Shown here: positions 13,310 to 24,963 of the stretch, piece after piece
Layout: each line of letters opens with the position of its first letter
How positions within the stretch are numbered: position 1 is the first letter of the stretch
From: Azolla caroliniana
Lineage: Eukaryota; Plantae; Polypodiophyta
NCBI GenBank assembly: GCA_043228905.1
Contig: JBHGNT010000004.1
Location: 11,346,001 to 11,410,000 of the forward strand
Direction: 5' to 3'
Length of the DNA: 64,000 nt
Program-made: the position numbers and the translations under genes
The notes under the pieces: model-generated
Seen by the model: the letters and a program-made list of their open reading frames with translations, nothing else
The model's database searches: none
Told to the model about the DNA's origin: nothing

Positions 13310-13445
13310 AAAGGACAGACATGCTATTCATGACAGAGCATGCGCAGGCGTCAAAAATAGGACATGCTATTCAGGACAGGGCATGCGCAGGCGCCAAAAA
13401 TAGGACATGCTATTCGAGGCAGAGGACGTGCAGACGCCAAAATTA
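13310..13445 (+). repeat. About 42-45-bp tandem repeats upstream of an internal TATA box
   Basis: GACATGCTATTC...GCAG.CG.CAAAA units x3, followed by CTATATAAAG at 13521-13530. Confidence 0.7.
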
Positions 13446-13664
13446 AAAAGTGAGATGCTAATTATGGCAGAAGATACGCACGCGCGAAAAACAGGAAAAG
13501 GCGGCTCGAGGGAAACGCCACTATATAAAGGAAGAACCGGGGAAGGGTTCAGTTTTTACGAATTTTCCCACAAGCAAACGCAGGCTCAAGACAGCAAGAT
13601 CCGACGCGCAGAACACCTACACCCCGACCTCAGACCACAGGCAGCAGCAGACGAAGAAGAAGCG

Positions 13665-16549
13665 ATGGCACTGTCGGACGGAGCGCGACAATGGCTGACG
13701 GAGAACGGATTAGGAGGGCTGCTGCGGGTCGCTGACGCTCCACCACACAAGGAACCAGAGCAGGCGGCAACAGCGGTGGACTTAGCAGAAGTCACTGAAG
13801 GAGCGGTACAAGCGCTCACAGGGATTTCAGAGGGAGGACTTCAGACGATAGAGCTACCCTCGAGCCAAATATTCTTCGAGTATTTCGGCGAATACTCCCT
13901 TAGCAGCAAGGCGTATCGCACACAGGGCGGAGAGAACCTGCTATTCGGAGAGGTGGCCCGCGCCCTGATGGAGTATGGGTTCGTGAACCCTCGTCCGGCA
14001 GCCATAGCCAAATACCGAGCAGCGATCGTCATCGCGACATTCGAAGGCTTGCAGGTGGACTGGCTCCACTTCATCACCAAAGGACTGAAGGGAAGAAGCC
14101 ATGGGCCGGAATATCCCAATGGTTAACAGTGTTGGTCCCACCGGTGTCCCCCATCAAGCACAAGCAAAGAAGTCGGCAGGAGACTACCCCGAAGCAAACC
14201 ATGAAGCGGCGACGAATCCTAGAGAAACACACTCCAGGATGGACACAGGAAGAAGAAGCGCCGCGGGAAGAAGGATCATCCCGACAGCCGCGGAAAGAAG
14301 GCTCATCTCGACAACCGCGGGAAGAAGACTCATCCCGACAGCAACGGGAGGAAGGCCCATCACGGCAGCCACAGAAACAGCAACAGCAACCGACCACGAA
14401 GAAGAAAAAGGCGGAAAAAGGCAAGGAGAAGCTGGCGAAGAAAACCAGCAAGAGGCAAACCGACACCGAACCAGTAACGCTCGAATCGGAACCGGTACCA
14501 GTAAAGGAACCGATAGTCGCAGCGACGGAGGACGCTGAAACAGAGGAAGACTCATCCGAACCGATGTTAATACTACCACCCAGGCAAGGAAAGGAGAAAC
14601 GGGCGACAAGACCGACCCCAACAGCGGACGGAACTCAGCAACGGGCGGAAGAACCAGTAACCGGAACAGAAGCGACACAGGATGAAGGTCCGTCTGCACC
14701 AAAGACGGCAGTACCGGAACCGACGGCAGCGGAGTTCGAAGAACCAAGAAAGGAACAAGCGCCGGAGCAAGAGAAGAGGCCGGAGAAACAGCCGGAAAAA
14801 CAGCCGGAGCTAGGTACGCCTGCTCACACCGACGAAGGCAGAACAAAGGCACAATGGCTAAGGTGGTTGTCAGGGCAGTTGTCGGGAGTGGCAGACCAGA
14901 TGGAGAAAGAGGAGGAGCAAAGGGAACAAGTGACTAGGACGACGACTAAGGATATGGTCATGCTCCGGGCACAAGTACATGAGCTGCAAGAAGAGCTAGC
15001 ACAGGCAAAAGAAGGCAGCCGACAAGCACAAGATGGCACCGAGCCGGTCGGGACATCAGAAAAGCAAGCCGAACCAGAAACGGAGAAGGCCTTGCAAACC
15101 GGCCCTGAGACCGAGAAGTTAATAGCAACTTTGGAAGAAGAATTACAGGCTCAGGAGGCATTGAGAGATAACGAAAGGGAGCAGCGGAAGTTGGTAGAAG
15201 ACGACAGACGGCGAATGGAGGAAGGCCTTCGCCGAAGCAAAGCCACCAATGACCGACTACAAGAAGAAAACGGGAAGCTGCAAAAGGAAAAAGATAGGCT
15301 GCGCCGACGAATGGAGCAGGAAATCGAGCGGTTGCGAGAGGAACTCCGACAACAAAAGGACCGGGATGATCGGTTGCGAGATCAGGCGAACCGACGTCTA
15401 AAACAGAAGACGGAGGAATTCGACCGACTATGTAAGGATTATAAACAGGCCACGTCGGACATCAAGAATCAGGCAGCAACGTACGACCGACAGATAGAGA
15501 AGCTGAAAGAGCAGCTCAAGGAAAACCGCTTGGAATTGTCCAAAGCAAGGGAGGAAGTATCGGCGGAGAAGACCTTGACGTCGGAACAAAGAAAGGAGAT
15601 GGAAGTACTTCGGCAGAAAGTAGGGGAGCTGACAAAGAGCAGGAACGAGGAAAAAGTGAAGTCGACTTTCGAAATCAACAAATGGCGGAGTACCTGTGAC
15701 AAGCAAAAAGTCGACTCTGAAGCTCAAGCTCAGTTAATGGCCGACATCATCAAACGGATAAGGAAGGAAAAACAAGCAGCTTCGGAACAGGCTAAAGCAG
15801 GGGTTGGCCGAATTAAGTTCATCATGTCAAGTTGGAGTACCCGAGCTCAGGCCAGCATAAATGAAAGCACGAAGAAGCTCTGGAGGGAATGGGCACAACA
15901 GGCAGCTGAACTGCAGATACTCCGAGCTGATGCAGAAAATCGGAAGAAAAACGGAGATGGGTTCTATAAAATGGACGAAGAAAGTATCGTCAACATCCGG
16001 GAAGAACTGTCGGAGGATTTCTATGCTCTAGCAGAAGAGCATCTCAAGGAAATCCGAGGGTTAGTAGAGAGGTTGGATGACGGACAGCTCGAAACTCAAC
16101 TAGAATTGGAAGGGTACGAGAAGGGCCGACTGCGACAGGAAGCCGAGGGACACACAACGCCGATCTCCATTAGTGAGGGCGAGCGACCGGCTGAAGAGGA
16201 CCCAACCAACAATGCACCCCGACAAGAATTACCCGAGGAAGAACTTCCGGAGCAAGAGCAGGTTGATGCCGGGGATGATGCAGAGTGGAGACAGAGAAGT
16301 ACCGAATCCGGGGAGGAAAGGACACAACCAGTGGAAACCGGAGAGAGCGATACCGGGAACGGAACGGAGGTAGAGCAGGACAGACCCGGACAGGATACAG
16401 AAGAAACACCGGTACCACCGGTACAAGCAGAGTCGGAGCAGCAAGATGCGAAAAGGCAGCCAATCCAATCGGAAGTCGGAGACGGCACAGGCAAAACAAC
16501 ACTTGAAACCTCTGAGCGGAGTTTGCTGGATAATTTGGAGGAAGACTGA
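13665..16549 (+). CDS. Extra 3' ORF of the Gypsy: globular N-terminal domain, disordered linker and long coiled coil; one frameshift near 14090
   Basis: ATG 13665 (MALSDGARQWL). The frame of the 806-aa ORF 14129-16549 extends upstream as KKPWAGISQWLTVLVPP. E/K/R/Q-rich heptad-like region at about 15100-16130. Confidence 0.8.
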
Positions 16550-16599
16550 AGCCGGCTGTGGGTTCGAAGTGCAATGCACTTTCCCACGGGCGTGCCATG

Positions 16600-16970
16600 T
16601 GTTGGCCGGTCAGAGAAGGCAAATGGGAAAGCAAGGTCGGATCGGATAAATATAGAAATAGGAATAGAATTATTAGGAGGGACGGATCCGGTAGTTGTAA
16701 CCGATCCGGATCCGAACCGATTCGGTTTCGGTTAACGGTTGCCTACCGAGCACCGATTGTAATCTGGCCGGATGCCTATAAAAGGATGCGATGTTTTGTA
16801 ATGAAGTGGCGAAGAATTAATATAGTTTTGCTTATGCTGATTAATCTTGTCTTCGTCTGTGCTTAAGTGTAATTATCATACGCGTGTATTAACATCCTAT
16901 CCCTACCACCCCTTTGGAGAAGTGTCGGATAGACACCTGTGTTGCGGCTAGTCCAGCCATACATACAACA
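16600..16970 (+). repeat. 3' LTR
   Basis: Matches the 5' LTR and is followed by the ATTTT TSD. Confidence 0.97.
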
Positions 16971-17669
16971 ATTTTGTCAACGAGCTATTTGAGAACCCTT
17001 TCAATGCTAGCCTATGTGGGGTAGATACTACTTCACAAATTTTGTAGGGGAGTTCTAAAAAGGAAGAACAAGAGAGCATTGTGGATACCCTGATAGCTAT
17101 ATTATATGTTCAAATTGATATATTAATGTTCACGTCTAATTTTGATAGATTCGACAATGTATGAATATCGTCTACATTTTAGGAGTTGTGGATTTATCAA
17201 AACTGTTTATGAATATTGTCTACATTTCTTGAGTTGTGAATTTATGGATGTTAATGAGCTCTAAATTTATAGATGATGGCCATAAGGATTACAATGTTAC
17301 TTCTTATACTTAAAACATTTTCAAGTCTAACAATAGATGTCACTTCCACTTCTGGAACCTACATCTCCTCAAGATGGTGAAACCATTAATCTTAACTTGT
17401 GCCTTGAGTTAACCATTGTGATTTTCTTTAAGTTAACTACATTTCATATCTACAAACTATCGTCAATGTTTAAACATTTATTGAAAAACTATTTAATTTT
17501 AGAAATGATCATTTTGACACTTGTTAAATCTCAAAAAATCAGAAAATTTTACATGTTATTTAAAACATGAAATAATGGTGTATCAAGTTTCTGAAAATTG
17601 CCTAAAATCGTAAGATTAAAATAGGAATCTATAAGTGGAATGTGTGATCCTTCCACTTGTAAACCCTAG

Positions 17670-18044
17670 TGTAGTTTGTGATGGCCATGTCCCACGTTGG
17701 ATGTTGTTCAACTCTTGGTAGAGTTGAAGCTTTCTTGCGGTTGTGTTGGTTGCAAAAAACTTCCTTAGATTCTCCCACGCTTCCTTCGGCGTCTTGGCTT
17801 CTTGAATGTAGCCGAGCATGTGATCATGAGCACATGTTGCCAAGAAATACATTACTTGACTAGCCGCTTGCTCCCATGTTGAGTAGTCGGCATCATTTGG
17901 GTTGGTTTTGTTTTCTTGAGCTCCTTCGATTTAGCTCCAATAACCTTGGCCGACAAGGTATTGGTGCATCTTGTACTCCCAAGATGCAAAGTTGTTTCAG
18001 TCCAACTTCTCGCTAAGGAGAGAGATACCTGTTTGAGTACTCAT
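17670..18044 (-). pseudogene. Copia-1 gag N-terminus
   Basis: MSTQTGISLLSEKLD*NNFASWEYKMHQYL...KTPKEAWENL..ARKLQL.QELNNI. Confidence 0.9.
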
Positions 18045-18186
18045 TATGTCGATGAAGATTTCCTTCTTCTTCTTCTTCCTTAGACACGAGCTATGTAGAG
18101 GCACTACGATAGCAGATGACCAGATTTGTCGTCGGCGTATCGAACACACAACCACTATAAATCGGGTGGGCTTCACTATGATACCA

Positions 18187-18606
18187 TGTAAATAATTAGC
18201 TAGAGTAATTATGTTATGCATAATCGATTAGAGATGTGTGTTATGTGTGTGTGAAAGAGGAGATAAGAGACACAAGATAGATAGGAAAATAAAAGGACTC
18301 AAATGTATATTAACAAGAAGTAACAAATACAATAGAGAAAAACCAACAAATACAAAGGAAGGAGAGTGCTTTATATAAATTCACCCTCTCTCTACATTAA
18401 AACGCTCTCTCTCTCTCTCTCTAGTAACAATAGAAGCTCATGTGTCATGGGGAATGTGGAACCTCATTAGTTATGTATCATAGAATATGATTCTATGACA
18501 CATAGTTAATGTTGGAGAGTTAGTGGTGACCTTTGACCTTTGGATGCTCATACATTCTCAAAGGATGTGTACACACATTAGACTAGGTTGAGTTTGATTC
18601 TCAACA
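18187..18606 (-). repeat. Copia-1 5' LTR with a degenerate tRNA-iMet PBS (18175-18186)
   Basis: On minus: TGTTGAGAATC...TTTACA, then TGGTATCATAGT. The start resembles the Copia-2 LTR at 33001. Confidence 0.7.
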
Positions 18607-19807
18607 ATATCTATATCAAAATTACAAATTACACTAAAGTTCACAAATTAAGTAGGTACAACTGAGAGTATCTCAACTCCGTTACATGGAGTGTCTTGAA
18701 AGGGAGATAGATAATGAAAATAGAGATACAAGATTCGAGGGTAGAGCTTTGCAGGGATATCCTTGAGTTTTAGTTCAATCAATGGACTTGTGAGACGACT
18801 TTGTTGCCTCTTGTCATTGATGGTCTTGAACGCCCTCTTGATTCACTAGTATAAGCTCGTTCGATATTTTGACAACGTTTCTACTTTGATCCCAAAATTG
18901 ATTCCTTCTACAATGAGTTCTCCTCTCCCTTTTACAGGCTTGGGAGCATCTCATGCAACTAAAATAGTAATTATCTTTTTTAACATTCACCTCACTTTAC
19001 CACCTATGAATGCACTCCTTTTCCTCAAGTGCCAAGTACTAGCATAATGCAAATATCCATGTCCATCCATTTGCATTTTTGTCATTCATCCTATTGATGC
19101 ATGTTTTATCTCTCACAGTTTAGATAGGACTCAAACCCCTACCTTTCCACTCCTAGTATAAGCTCTTCTCAACTTAGCGAAGTGTTATTGTTTTCTTAAA
19201 CTTCATCTTGTCTTCAATCTTCTTGTTGTATTGTTATCTCTAACCTTTAATCTTATGTGTGTGTGTGTGTGTGCGCGCGCGCATGTGTCTTATGTGCACG
19301 TCACAATATACATATAGTTTAGTTCATTTCCTCATGTGCACTCCCCACATCACGATATTGTTACCTTTGATTCTAGAGCTCCTAGACCACCTCTAGGTTG
19401 CTTGTGTCTCCTTCAAAATTGATTTGTGGGAAGCGTACAATCTAATGTGTACAATCTTGACTTGCATCATCTATGTCCACCTACATCTCTATTGTTATCT
19501 CCATGTCCAGTAAGTATGCTTCTTTACCATGTTAGAGTCAAACCTCAAAAACCACTTGTAGAATGTGAACCAAACCACATATGTCACATGGGTGTCACAC
19601 ACTCTTGCCAAAACTCTTTAGTCGCCACCACAATTACACAAGCATCTAGCACCAAGAAGCATTCGGCTAGGTTCTATTGACTCTTGTGATGTGTGGGGCA
19701 AAAGATTGAGAAACTCATTTGCTTACTCAAGTGTCACAACCTACTCTTGCACTTGTACGAAATGTTACTCATCTTATGCTTCTTTGACCATTTGGCACTA
19801 ATTACGG

Positions 19808-20678
19808 TGTCGTAGTGTATTTCGTACACTACGTGAAAAAGTAAAAAAATAATATAACCGATTTAATTACATATAAATAAATAAAATAATATATCAAGAT
19901 ATTTATCACGTGCATAGGGCAGGATTCGAACCCTGTACCTCCACGTAGCCAAACCTCAACTTTACCATTATACTACCTTATCTTTAGTGTTCTATAAATA
20001 GATTTAATAACTATAACTGCTTTATTTGCGCCTACCTTTATTAAAAGGTAAATCATGTATTTTTAGAGTGCGTGAATATTTTATAGAAAAACGCAAGCGA
20101 CTAAAAAGTGACTCATGCACATCTAGCGTGCATGAGCACTATATTTAGCAAATAAAAGCAAGGATTAGAAAAGCATCACATGCACATTTAGTGTGCATGA
20201 ACATATTAGAAAAAAAAGCATGTAGCTATGCTTAGTCTCTCCCATCACTACATAAGGATGGGGAGCACAATGTAATAGGTGTGTGAAAAATATTTGGGAA
20301 ATTGGATATATTTCCTAAAACACCAACAATCAATAAAATATACTCGTGGGATTCACGAAGTTTAAGATAATCTATCTCTTTCAATCTAAATTCATATTCT
20401 TACATAAATATTGATTAATGTAATACTTGTGGGATTCACAAGGTTTGATCTCTTTTCTCAATCTACTCTAATCTATTCTAAATTATTTCAATTTATTACT
20501 ACGATTTAGATAAACTAAAACAATTATACTTGTGGGATTCACAAGTTTCTATATCTCTTTCTTATAATCTATTCATATTCATAACTAGATTAGCCTCAAA
20601 TTCTTCCTCCTCCTAGTCCAAAACCCCGGTGGTTCCCACCCGACTCACGCAAACGATCCGGAGCCGAAAGGCACGACA
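19808..20678 (+). mobile_element. Solo LTR of the tRNA-Trp-primed Gypsy family
   Basis: TGTCGTAG...GGCACGACA, 4-bp TSD ACGG on both sides, homologous to LTRs at 42432 and 48806. Confidence 0.92.
19913..19980 (-). promoter_or_regulatory. tRNA-like Pol III A/B-box cassette inside the LTR U3 (representative copy)
   Basis: TAGTATAATGG and GGTTCGAATCC starting 43 nt apart. Copies near 38352, 41567, 42967, 49341 and 61781. Confidence 0.65.
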
Positions 20679-21185
20679 ACGGAATTGTCCAATAGGTATC
20701 GCACTCTTGTGAGGGTGTGATGCAACTAGATGCCCCAAGCTCCAACTACTCAATATTATTGTCATTTGACTCGACTAGTGCCTTGGTGGTTCTAGTTTTG
20801 ACTTCCATATTCTCCCAAACTAAGCCCTATTTGTACTCCTCGAGAGTCATAATCCACACTATTAGTGCCTTTAGTTTAACTCATTGGTTCTTCAGTTTGA
20901 GTTCTATTTTGGTCATATAACTGTATAGTTGGACATTGACAAAAAAAAGTCTTGAGCTTTAGTATTTGTGACATGTGACTAGGGTTAGCTCAAGAGGTAA
21001 GGTGATATTCTTCAATTTGGGAAGCATGGAACCTCCTTCCTTGAATTGATGTCTATGTCTAACTTGTTACTAAATTAAGGCGCGTTCTAATTTATTAAGT
21101 GACATGAGCTTTCGAGAAAGAGTGGTTACAAGAGAACAAGTCTACACTCCTATGATCAGTATGTGACTTTGTAAAGGAAGTGTAG

Positions 21186-23472
21186 TGTTAGAGATTATTC
21201 CTAATGTAAGCATGAAATAAGGAAATAAATGATAGATAAATAAGAGAAAGAGAGAAAAAGAAGGGTGTCGATCAACCCAACCACCCAAAACAAAGGCATT
21301 GAGGCGGACCCAAGTGGCGTCCCATGGCATCGACTCATACCTGGTACTAGCACACGCTCGCCACAACAGTTTGTTCACAACAAGGTCACAGTCTTGATGT
21401 AGTCGAATAATGTGTCTAATGACGATAGTTATAGCCAGACCCCCAAGCCCCAAGGCAACTTCACACCTGGCCCTTATGGGTTGTCTCAACTCCAAGGATT
21501 AAAAACAATCCTCTCTTCTTCACACTCTCGATTAACCCTCACAATTTTATCTGCGTGTGTAGAATACTACAGTACAAACTACCACAGGATAAATTATGGT
21601 CATGCTCATAACTAGTGTTGGGCAAAGTCCCATGAACAGTGTTAGTGTTCCAGTTGGGTTGGGACATTTGCCTGTCAAGGTGGGGGGGAGCTGGAATTGA
21701 ATCCGGTTAGAATTTCCCCAAAACCGGAATCTAGCCGGTTAATATTTTTGTAACCGGTTATTTATGCATTTAAAAAAAAATGTTAAAAAAAACAATTTTC
21801 CCTCTTTCCCCCTCTTTCGTTGTGTTTTTCCCTTTTTGTTTTCCCCCTCTTGCCCCATTCTCGAATCCCTCTTTTCCCCCCCTCTTTCTCTTGTTTTCCC
21901 TCTCTTTTCATGTTTGTCTGTATTACCTCTTCTCGATTGTCAATCCCTACGACTTGAGAGTCGAGACTTGACAATCCATACACATGTAATCTCATATATT
22001 ACCAATTGTTTACAAATATTGACATCAATCTGTACATTCACTGGGGACCTGACTGATGCTGACAAATCCTCTATAATTCGTTATGAAGAAGAAAAAACAG
22101 TGGAGGAATAACAACGGTGGAGGTAGGGTATGATGCATTATTTAATTAATTAGTGTTAATTTAGTTAATAACTAGTCTCTGTATAAAAGAATTTAGAACA
22201 TACACACACACACACACACAACCCCGTCTTACTTGGCTTCCTCTGTTGTTGATTATGGCGGGCTTTTGTGTAGTGTTAATTTAGTTAAAAACTAGTCTAT
22301 GTATAAACAAATTAGAACATACACACACACACACACACACAACCCCGTCTTACTTGGCTTCCCCTGTTGTTGATTATGGCAGGCTTTTGTGTACATATAT
22401 ACATATGCATAACAACCTAAAATATGAAGAAGGAAAAGGAGGAGAAGAAGAAGAAGAAGGTGACGGTGATGATAATGCGGATGGATTCGTGTAAGGGAAA
22501 TTGTTGAGTTTCTTGATGTGTAGATTCTACCACCCTATATGTAGTATAACGCAGCATTGACGAAGACTCGATACCACTCCCTTCGTTAGATGTCCTTTGT
22601 TATTACCTAAGCTACCCATAGACACAACATGGACACACACACACACACACAACTTCGAGATACCGTTATTGACTATGACTCCACCCAAGGTAGACTAGAT
22701 TTAGAATGTGTTGTAAGAGAAGACAAGAAATATGCGTGGGATTCAGAAATGACCATTGGTCAAGACATAGAGATCATTCAAAGTCATCATGCATCAATGT
22801 TGTGTTGAGGTCAAGGTCTAACATCAAGATTGATTGCCTGATTATGTGTGTGTGTGTGGAGAATGTATGTGGAAACCATTTATAGTTGGTTTTTCAAAAT
22901 CTAGTTGATTGGCGGTTGGTGAATCACCAACTTCCCCACTTCAAATTGTAGCATTGGAAGATATTCAACATTAGCATCCAAAATGTATCGCAAAGCTTTT
23001 CAAACATTCAAAATTTGAGTATGAATAACCAAAGTACCAAATGCCCTGATTTTTTGCTTGGATAGGAGAGGCTAATATCCTAGAAATGTATCCGTATATT
23101 GTAAACAATTTAGATGTAAACGAGATATGAATAGTATTGAAGCTTGAAATATTTGTGTGTTTGCCAATGACATCCGATATCGAGCCTCAAAATTAAGTCT
23201 TTGGCCATCACGATGGTAAATGGTTCATTAAGAAAACATAATGTGATAAAAGCTCTTGAATTTGATTAAGATGTTTCATTAGTTTGATATAATTGGATGT
23301 GGCAAAAAAAATTGCTATGTGCGAAAAAAAAAAAAAATTTGAACATGTTCCGGTTAAAATTATTACTCGTAGGAAAGTGGCCAGTAAGATTTTTAATTTT
23401 CGATTAGGATCATAAGTAGCAGCAAAAATTTCCAGTAGGGTCTAGAAACTTTGCCCAACACTGCTCGTAACA
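21186..23472 (-). mobile_element. Solo LTR of the chromovirus family (21186-21612 plus terminal base 23472), split by a hAT MITE
   Basis: Reverse complement resembles LTR 51482-51935. 5-bp TSD TGTAG at 21181-21185 and 23473-23477. Confidence 0.85.
21613..23463. mobile_element. Non-autonomous hAT element
   Basis: TIRs TAGTGTTGGGCAAAGT and ACTTTGCCCAACACTG, 8-bp TSD CTCATAAC/CTCGTAAC, internal 120-bp tandem duplication at 22151-22391. Confidence 0.88.
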
Positions 23473-23496
23473 TGTAGTGAGAGGCATGAGTGATAT

Positions 23497-23776
23497 ATTT
23501 TTTTTTTCCAAAATGAAGTTACTTTCCCATTAGTTAGGAAGGATTATTACAAAGAGACTATACAAGGAGGCTTAAACATAGATCGGGGAATCTCCCTCCG
23601 ATCAAGTTCAAGAAAATGAGACTAGTTACTTCGCCTTTCGGACTGACTACTTAATGTAAGTACATACAACTAAAACGGTGTCCTATAGTGATGGCTAGTA
23701 CAAGACAACTCTTGGGGTCGACGGCGAAGGGAGGGTGGTAAGTGAGCCGGAAACAGCCAGCATGGGGGTTGGCATG
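23497..23776 (-). mobile_element. 5'-truncated LINE (L1-like) 3' end
   Basis: Poly-T at left, reverse-complement match to 27770-28030, 16-bp TSD GAGGCATG(A/G)GTGATAT. Confidence 0.8.
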
Positions 23777-24603
23777 GAGGCATGGGTGATATTATTTATA
23801 GGCATATATATAACCTTATGAAACAATTTTGTAGCTAAGTTAATAGGTTAAGGGTAGGATAGTCAGAAAGCGTTATCCTAGTAGGGTAATACCATGAGGA
23901 ACTATGACAAGTGGGAACAGACGTGGTAGATAGATAATTAATTGATCAATATACTTTGTTTTCATCAAAAAGCAAATATAAACGATAGATTTAATGATTT
24001 TGTTTTTCGACATAAGAATGTGGAATGAATTTAGATAGCATTAGCAACATGTATAAGGATGTCTCAATTATTATAAATTATAATATATAATCTGTAGCCA
24101 TTATTTCTAATAGAGTTTTAGACAACGTGGGCACGTGCCAATTATGAAGAAAAACCACGTGCTTCACACTTTGCCCATGGCATATTATCATAGGCACAGT
24201 TTTTTATTTTATTCAAAAGAATATTGGCGAATGGGTAAATGCCAGCATTCCAAGTCATCATAAAAATGTGTAAGAGGTTCCTCACTATGATTTGACTTAA
24301 TTATAAAATAATACCTAGTAGCTTGCTTCCTCCCTCCCCTCCCCTTCCCTTCCCTTCCCTTCCCCTAGGGCCATACATATATTGATACTATTGTAGCATC
24401 AACAAACTATTTATTGGTTATGATTTGAATGGATTAAGGGATTATCTACTAGAGTGGAAGGGATCATCTATAATCAGTTACGAGTCTATGCGTCTAAGTG
24501 CCAACTGTTTCATAAATATTGAATTGCCGAGGGATTCCTAGCTTTGTTAAAGATTGGAATTGAAGGGGATAGATAGATAGATTGCATAATTAATTGCAAG
24601 ACC

Positions 24604-24963
24604 ATGATGAGGATGGTGCTTCTAGTGCTGCTGGTGATGGTGCTTATCATGTTCATACTATTACTGTGGCTTCTTAAGATGATGGAATGGGTGCTTAATT
24701 ATTACAAAATATCACATAATCATATAGGGGATCATGCTATGCTTAAACCGAGGGGCGGGGCGGGGCCACGGTGTTGGCCGCTGATGGGCTGCCACTACGA
24801 GGCGGCGAAGAACTTCCACCGCTTCCACGACTGGTGCCACTCCTTCTTCTCGGATGAGTGCCGCACTATTGCCCTCGCCTTCTTCTCCACCCGTGTCTAC
24901 CTCACCGTCGACCCCGCCAATGTCCAACACATCCTCCACACCAACTTCTCTAACTACCCCAAG
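24604..24963 (+). CDS. CYP704: P450 exon 1
   Basis: TM anchor, GPRCWPLMG, DPANVQHILHTNFSNYPK followed by GT. Confidence 0.85.

Larger units (their letters stand above)
6819..16970 (+). mobile_element. Full-length young Ty3/Gypsy (non-chromovirus) LTR retrotransposon with an extra 3' ORF
   Basis: LTRs 6819-7189 and 16600-16970 (371 bp, 2 mismatches seen), TG..CA ends, ATTTT TSD on both sides, gag-PR-RT-RH-INT order. Confidence 0.97.
4252..17666. mobile_element. Putative TIR DNA transposon (about 3.2 kb after removing the nested Gypsy) carrying a DNA methyltransferase remnant
   Basis: Splits Copia-1 gag between NYT (17670) and KIK (4234). GTTCACAAGTGGAAGGAT (4252-4269) and the reverse complement of 17647-17664 match at 17/18. 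TSD not resolved. Confidence 0.7.

Noticed and set aside
14129-16549. Envelope protein, or captured host SMC/myosin gene
   Set aside because: No TM or signal segment and no ATPase motifs. Coiled-coil similarity alone is non-specific.
7267-16634. Many long antisense and alternate-frame ORFs over the Gypsy
   Set aside because: Shadows of a GC-rich coding strand with no recognisable domains.
19255-19282. (TG)n(CG)n Z-DNA element
   Set aside because: An ordinary microsatellite with no functional context.
19913-19980. Functional tRNA genes at the A/B-box cassettes
   Set aside because: No convincing acceptor or anticodon stem, and they are embedded in LTRs. Reported as tRNA-like cassettes only.
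19420-21000. Possible old LINE endonuclease remnant flanking the solo LTR
   Set aside because: Only faint motif hints (SRL, ELKL), too degraded to support.
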